DNA from: Candidatus Moraniibacteriota bacterium
GTDB lineage: Bacteria > Patescibacteriota > Minisyncoccia > Moranbacterales > UBA1568
Assembly: GCA_028711705.1 (NCBI GenBank)
Contig: JAQTRS010000002.1
Coordinates: 73,617-137,616, forward strand
Direction of reading: 5' to 3'
DNA: 64,000 bases
Below the pieces are notes generated by a model. That model saw nothing but the letters and a program-made list of their open reading frames with translations. It was not told the DNA's origin and searched no databases. Shown here in pieces: positions 59,171-64,000 of this stretch. The translations under genes were made by a program, and so were the position numbers. The first letter of the stretch is position 1. Every line of letters begins with the position of its first letter.

Positions 59171-60241
59171 TTAATCTTCAATGTTCTCAGCTATTGCTAT
59201 CTCTCCCAATTTTGTCCGCTCCAATTGCTCGGCCACCCGCTCCAATCGCTTATCAGCCTCTTCATACTTATTCTTGGCATTATTGAGGTGACCGCCCAGC
59301 ACCTCGAATTCGCGCGAAAAACGCTCGTATTCACGTCCCAACTTATCCAGATGCCCCATGATTTCCTTGGCGCGTTTCTCGATCTGAAATCCCTGGAGCC
59401 CCAAAAGGATGGTACGCATATAGGCATAGAACGAGTTGGGCGAAACGGGCACCACCTTTTTCTGATAGAGATACTCCACCAGACTCTTCTCGTCGCCATC
59501 GCGCACGATCAATTCGTAGTACACGTTTTCCGCGGGGATATACATGAGTGCGAAATCGAGTGTCCCTTCCTCAGGCACGATATATTTCTGTGCGATCGCA
59601 TCTACATGCTTTTTGACATCATTATAGAACACGCGGCGATATTGTTTGCGTTCCTCGTCGGAATTCGCTTCGATCAATTTGCGGAAATTTTCCAGCGGGA
59701 ATTTCGAATCGATACTGATAGATCCACCCTTAAGTTTTATGAACGCATCCACGATCTCGCCGCTCTTGAAGATATGCTGTATGGAATAATGCTCTTTGGG
59801 AAGCATCTGCGAAAGAAGGTCTTGCAGCATAAGCTCGCCGAAGCCACCCCGCATTTTCGGTGATTTCAAAATTTCCTGAAGCGAAGCTACCTCCTTGCCG
59901 ACCTCGAAAATCTGCTGACTCGACTGACGGACTTCCTCGAGCGCTGCGCGTACCTGAACGAATGACTGCGTAGCGCCGTCGAGTCGTTGATCCAAACGGG
60001 TGGTATTGTCGCGAAGACGGCTATCGATGGTATGCTGCAGATTGCCGAGCTGGTGGATAAACGAGGTGGAAAACTGATGCATCTGCTCCGCGACCCGACG
60101 ATCCAAAACATCCATTCGCGAGAAAAGTTCCTGTTGAGAATCGGGGCCCACACCGGGCAAAAGCTTGTCTCGGAACAAAAAAAACGCTATACCAAGCACG
60201 AGTATAGCCAAAAAAATACCGATGAGAATGAATAAAGACAT
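59171..60241 (-). CDS. rmuC: DNA recombination protein RmuC
   Basis: RGGFGE, IDSKFP, DFALMYIPAE, VSPNS. Confidence 0.93.
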   Translation of the reverse strand: MSLFILIGIFLAILVLGIAFFLFRDKLLPGVGPDSQQELFSRMDVLDRRVAEQMHQFSTSFIHQLGNLQHTIDSRLRDNTTRLDQRLDGATQSFVQVRAALEEVRQSSQQIFEVGKEVASLQEILKSPKMRGGFGELMLQDLLSQMLPKEHYSIQHIFKSGEIVDAFIKLKGGSISIDSKFPLENFRKLIEANSDEERKQYRRVFYNDVKKHVDAIAQKYIVPEEGTLDFALMYIPAENVYYELIVRDGDEKSLVEYLYQKKVVPVSPNSFYAYMRTILLGLQGFQIEKRAKEIMGHLDKLGREYERFSREFEVLGGHLNNAKNKYEEADKRLERVAEQLERTKLGEIAIAENIED

Positions 60242-60289
60242 AGTTGCTGATATATTGGTTTGTATATGTTCGGCGGCCGCTTTTGCTAC

Positions 60290-60892
60290 CTACCTTTTTA
60301 ATCCGGCGACGAATCGCTTCAATTCGGGAGCTTTGTTGATAATTTCTTGATGAGAGTGCTCCAAAAACTCCATCAGGAACCGATCCATCATGTTCAAACG
60401 GTATTGCAGCTCCTCGTTGTTCATCAGGACGAAACGGATATCCCGCCCGATTTCCGCCTCAAGGTAGCTCATAGCCGATTTGAGCTTCGCGCGATTGACA
60501 TTATTGACCACCAAGATCATATCCGCCTTGCTCTTGGCGTAATTGAGGAAAACGCCGCTCACCAGCACCAGTTTCACCTCACCGATAGAGCTCAATTTCT
60601 GAAACGCCTTCGACTGCGCATCGATATCGGACTTCGAAAACAGGCCCTTGAGCTCGATATAGAATGGGAACTGCGTATTTACCACGATGACCTTCTTGTT
60701 TTTCTTGGTGCGCTCGTTGACGAGCTTGATTTTCTTGAGCAGTGTGAGCTCCTTGGTCGCTTCAGCCTTTCGTAGAAGCGTCTTCTCCAACAGATCCTCG
60801 AAGGAAAACTCTTTTTCTGAATTCAACAGCAGTAAACGCAACATCCGTACCCGCGATTTCGATCCGAACAGTACTTCAAAAATATCAGCCAT
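60290..60892 (-). CDS. Winged-HTH plus degenerate nucleotidyltransferase-like protein
   Basis: LFGSKSRVRML N-terminal HTH; SGVF...ADMILV. Confidence 0.65.
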   Translation of the reverse strand: MADIFEVLFGSKSRVRMLRLLLLNSEKEFSFEDLLEKTLLRKAEATKELTLLKKIKLVNERTKKNKKVIVVNTQFPFYIELKGLFSKSDIDAQSKAFQKLSSIGEVKLVLVSGVFLNYAKSKADMILVVNNVNRAKLKSAMSYLEAEIGRDIRFVLMNNEELQYRLNMMDRFLMEFLEHSHQEIINKAPELKRFVAGLKR

Positions 60893-61065
60893 AGCTTTTT
60901 CATCAATCTACCTTGCTTTTTATTAAATGTTTTTCCGAGAAGATCGTTCTCTTTTTCCTCTCTATGGGGTATTATATACCCAAAAGCACCTTGTACGCAA
61001 AGTTTTTTCAGGAAGCTCGGCTCAGCTGAAATGATCCGGCATTTTATGGTATACTATAGAAGGCT

Positions 61066-63318
61066 ATGACACGTACAAAAAACGATCTTATAAAACCACT
61101 ACAGAAAATTGAGATTTCCGTTACCGAGATTCTTATCGCCGGCGATGGATCGCTCAAGCCATATATACAGACATTCCATCATGAGCCCGAAAATATCGCG
61201 CTTCAGCCGCTCGGGTCTGTTTTTGGTATCTTCGAAATCGAGGACCACAGCGAAGATTCAGCCTATATCGTCAACTTTCTCGCCTCCGTCGTCAAAAAAG
61301 AATACTTCTCACACCCCAAGCGTGCCGCTATCGAAAGTCTTGAAGCAACTCTCCATAAGATCAACCTCGCTCTTTCGGAGCTCATCAAGCAAGATAATAC
61401 CGCCTGGCTCGGCAAACTCAATGCGACACTATGCGTATTCGAGAAAAACAATGTCCACTTTTCCGTTTCCGGTAAAGCCAAGACACTGCTCGTGCGGGGC
61501 GGGGTTTTGAGCGATATCAGCGACGGCCTCGCCGAGGAATCCAATACTCATCCACTCAAGACGTTCACGGAAGTTTCCAGCGGACGATTGAAGTCCGACG
61601 ACAAGGTTATCCTCACGACGCCTGGTCTTTTCGAGCTGTTTTCCCCTCAAGAACTCCAGAAAAACGCGAAACGATTCTCCAATGAGAAATTTTCACAATT
61701 CCTCAAGACAGCACTCGTCAATCAATTGCTCTTCGGAGGCACGCTCATCATAGATATCGCCGAAGCCGATTGTAAGGAACCGATTCTCAAAAAATCGACT
61801 TCTTCCTCGGTAAATGTCCAAGATATCCCGAACGCTTTCAGTCAGTCCGCTTTTTCGGCGAAGAAGTCGCCTGCCGCAGCGCGCGATATCGCGCTTCAGA
61901 CACCGCTATCGGAACTGATAAATGAGACGCTGCCGGAAAATGACTATACGGATTCTAAAACCGGCCATATCTATGTACAGGGTGATGTGCCGGAAGTGGC
62001 ATCCAATGAGACATGGATACATATCCAATGGGTTACCGAGGAATTGTTCGAGACATTCATCTCCGAAACGAAAAAGCTTTCGACTCGGTGCTTCAAAAAT
62101 GTGCGGACTTTTTTTGAGAAAAGGCCGCTGCCAGCCCATACTAAACCGAAGTCTGAGGCAGATGCGTACGCTCAGGAGCCTTTGGAAAACAAATCCCTTC
62201 GATATGCATCATCCGATCAAGAATCATCTCTCGCCGTCCGATCATCCTTCAAGGATTCCTTCTCCCTCCTGTGGCAGCGCATACGATCATTTTTGCAGGG
62301 TACTGTCGCACTCAAAAATATCCCACGAACAATAGCGCCGATCCTCCGGAAGATTCCTCGATGGGGAGCCATCCGACAGGAATTCTCACGACTTAGCCCT
62401 ACACAGAAAAAATACGCGATCGCCGCGCTTGTTTCCATATTCATCATCCCCTTTCTCATTATCAAACTCCAGGGACCGTCCAAGGCTGTGAGCATTCCTG
62501 TTGAGGAAAAAGCTCCCATAGCAACACCCGGACCGCTCTCCTCAGACAAGAACACTCATTTCATTGCCTCCACCCAATCCGTACTGACGAATAATGCCGT
62601 CATCACCACACTGCTCCTCAAGGACACGCTCTTTGCCGTCACCAAAAACACCGTCGTCAATCTCGAAGATCCGAAAAAAACACAGGCCTATCCGTTACCG
62701 GAAGCGTATGGCGCAAGCATTATCCGTGCGACCGCCATGAACGACTTAAACGTTATTTTCCTCCTTACCGATACCGGCAAGATCATTTCTTTCACACCCT
62801 CCAATCACGCTTTCACAGAGAACCATATCACGCTTCCCGATGCCTCGCACATCACCGATATGGCAACCTACCTCACCTATCTCTATATCCTGGACAGCAA
62901 AAGCGACACCATTCATCGCTATCCGCGTTCCGATGGTGGTTTCGGAGAGGATTCGCTCTGGCTCAAGGAAACGGTCGCTATCAACGACACCGATACGATG
63001 GCCATCAACGAAGATCTGTATCTCACGCAAAACGACCATCTCATAGCCTTCAACAAAGGCAGACGCGACCCTATTTCTATCGAGGACTCTGCCACACCCA
63101 TCATCTTCTCGGAAGTCTTCACTCAAACGGATACGCAATTCCTCTATGTCCTCGATGCCGTCAACGGTAGACTGATCCAGTTCGAAAGGTCTGGCGCCAT
63201 CGTCAATCAGTACGCGCAAGATAAGATCAAGGAATCCTCATCCATCACCGTTGATGAACAAAACCGTAAAGCCTATTTCACCACGTCATCCGAAGTCTTC
63301 TTGATAGCTCTTGACTGA
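61066..63318 (+). CDS. Large single-pass membrane protein (PP2C-like N-terminal domain, C-terminal beta-propeller)
   Basis: SGRLKSDDKVILTTPG; TM near aa 450; YLYILD/FLYVLD propeller repeats. Confidence 0.7.
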   Translation: MTRTKNDLIKPLQKIEISVTEILIAGDGSLKPYIQTFHHEPENIALQPLGSVFGIFEIEDHSEDSAYIVNFLASVVKKEYFSHPKRAAIESLEATLHKINLALSELIKQDNTAWLGKLNATLCVFEKNNVHFSVSGKAKTLLVRGGVLSDISDGLAEESNTHPLKTFTEVSSGRLKSDDKVILTTPGLFELFSPQELQKNAKRFSNEKFSQFLKTALVNQLLFGGTLIIDIAEADCKEPILKKSTSSSVNVQDIPNAFSQSAFSAKKSPAAARDIALQTPLSELINETLPENDYTDSKTGHIYVQGDVPEVASNETWIHIQWVTEELFETFISETKKLSTRCFKNVRTFFEKRPLPAHTKPKSEADAYAQEPLENKSLRYASSDQESSLAVRSSFKDSFSLLWQRIRSFLQGTVALKNIPRTIAPILRKIPRWGAIRQEFSRLSPTQKKYAIAALVSIFIIPFLIIKLQGPSKAVSIPVEEKAPIATPGPLSSDKNTHFIASTQSVLTNNAVITTLLLKDTLFAVTKNTVVNLEDPKKTQAYPLPEAYGASIIRATAMNDLNVIFLLTDTGKIISFTPSNHAFTENHITLPDASHITDMATYLTYLYILDSKSDTIHRYPRSDGGFGEDSLWLKETVAINDTDTMAINEDLYLTQNDHLIAFNKGRRDPISIEDSATPIIFSEVFTQTDTQFLYVLDAVNGRLIQFERSGAIVNQYAQDKIKESSSITVDEQNRKAYFTTSSEVFLIALD

Positions 63319-63341
63319 TTCTCCCTAAAAACAACTCTTAT

Positions 63342-63380
63342 AAAAGGCTGCTTGCAAGAGTTCTGCGAGCAGCCTTTTTT
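63342..63380. terminator. Bidirectional terminator
   Basis: AAAAGGCTGCTTGCA...TGCGAGCAGCCTTTTTT. Confidence 0.8.
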
Positions 63381-63381
63381 A

Positions 63382-63867
63382 TTAGTTTACACAATCGATA
63401 ATCACCACGTTTGAAGTCAGGCTGTAGGTAATCGTGACGCAAGCCCTCCAGTTCCCATATGCGATATCGACCTTTATAGCGCTGGCTCCCGCTATCATCT
63501 CTGCGGGTTCTTCAATAACCTCGTCGATTCTTTGAACCGCAAGGCCGCTCAATCGTGAGCACAACTGTTGTCGCCGCATCATTTCCGTACAGGCGCTTTT
63601 TTTTGGAAAACCATCCTCGTAAAACCTTGCATAAAACACCTCTGCGGCAGTGGTATTTTTCATCTGGAACACGAAGTCGCCATACAACTTATGCCAAACG
63701 GTATGCCGAACATCAGCATCAAGCCTCGCAGCCTGGATGAACCGCGCAAAGCCTTCGCCATCGCCAGTTCGTTTCCTGCAAAAATCATGCAGCATCCCTA
63801 AGACATTCATTGTCCTGTCTCTTTGCACCCTCTCTGAATCACTTTCATTTTTCATGGTACACCTCAC
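63382..63867 (-). CDS. Hypothetical protein
   Basis: 161-aa ORF ending at the terminator. Confidence 0.55.
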   Translation of the reverse strand: MRCTMKNESDSERVQRDRTMNVLGMLHDFCRKRTGDGEGFARFIQAARLDADVRHTVWHKLYGDFVFQMKNTTAAEVFYARFYEDGFPKKSACTEMMRRQQLCSRLSGLAVQRIDEVIEEPAEMIAGASAIKVDIAYGNWRACVTITYSLTSNVVIIDCVN

Positions 63868-64000
63868 TCAACACCCGAAACAATACCCATCATATTCCCA
63901 CCCCCATAAGGAGTGTTCTTCTCACAGCCTACAACACAGGAAGTTTTCGGTCAAGCAAGGGCTACATCAACCGATTACGCTCAAGGATTTCGCGGTTGAC

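Overview
64-kb window from a Candidate Phyla Radiation (Patescibacteria, Parcubacteria-like) genome, translation table 11. The lineage is inferred from the missing rpmD/L30 at its usual rpsE-rplO position, SD-less starts and CPR-type hypothetical proteins. Most of the window is translation machinery on the minus strand: the str, S10 and spc clusters with secY-adk-map, the alpha cluster followed directly by rplM-rpsI, and rpsB-tsf. rpmE-prfA-prmC and rpmB lie on the plus strand, and there are 10 tRNAs. Accessory genes include a ~7-kb block splitting fusA from tuf (restriction-modification pair, secreted protein, GH18/deacetylase/GT2 fusion), a degenerate class II photolyase, an orphan membrane histidine kinase paired with an unknown protein, a frameshifted SRAP gene, an H1-like protein and a probable minimal 6S RNA. 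The best finding is at the left end (788-1984, minus strand) and is absent from the ORF track. Two consecutive sigma70 promoters each start a leaderless Cys/Met-codon leader peptide. Each peptide overlaps a terminator/antiterminator switch, one upstream of an EgtC/Dug3-like Ntn amidohydrolase and one upstream of an O-acetyl(homo)serine sulfhydrylase. This looks like a tandem cysteine-sensing ribosome-stalling attenuator system. All homology calls come from motif recognition by eye; no searches or folding programs were run.
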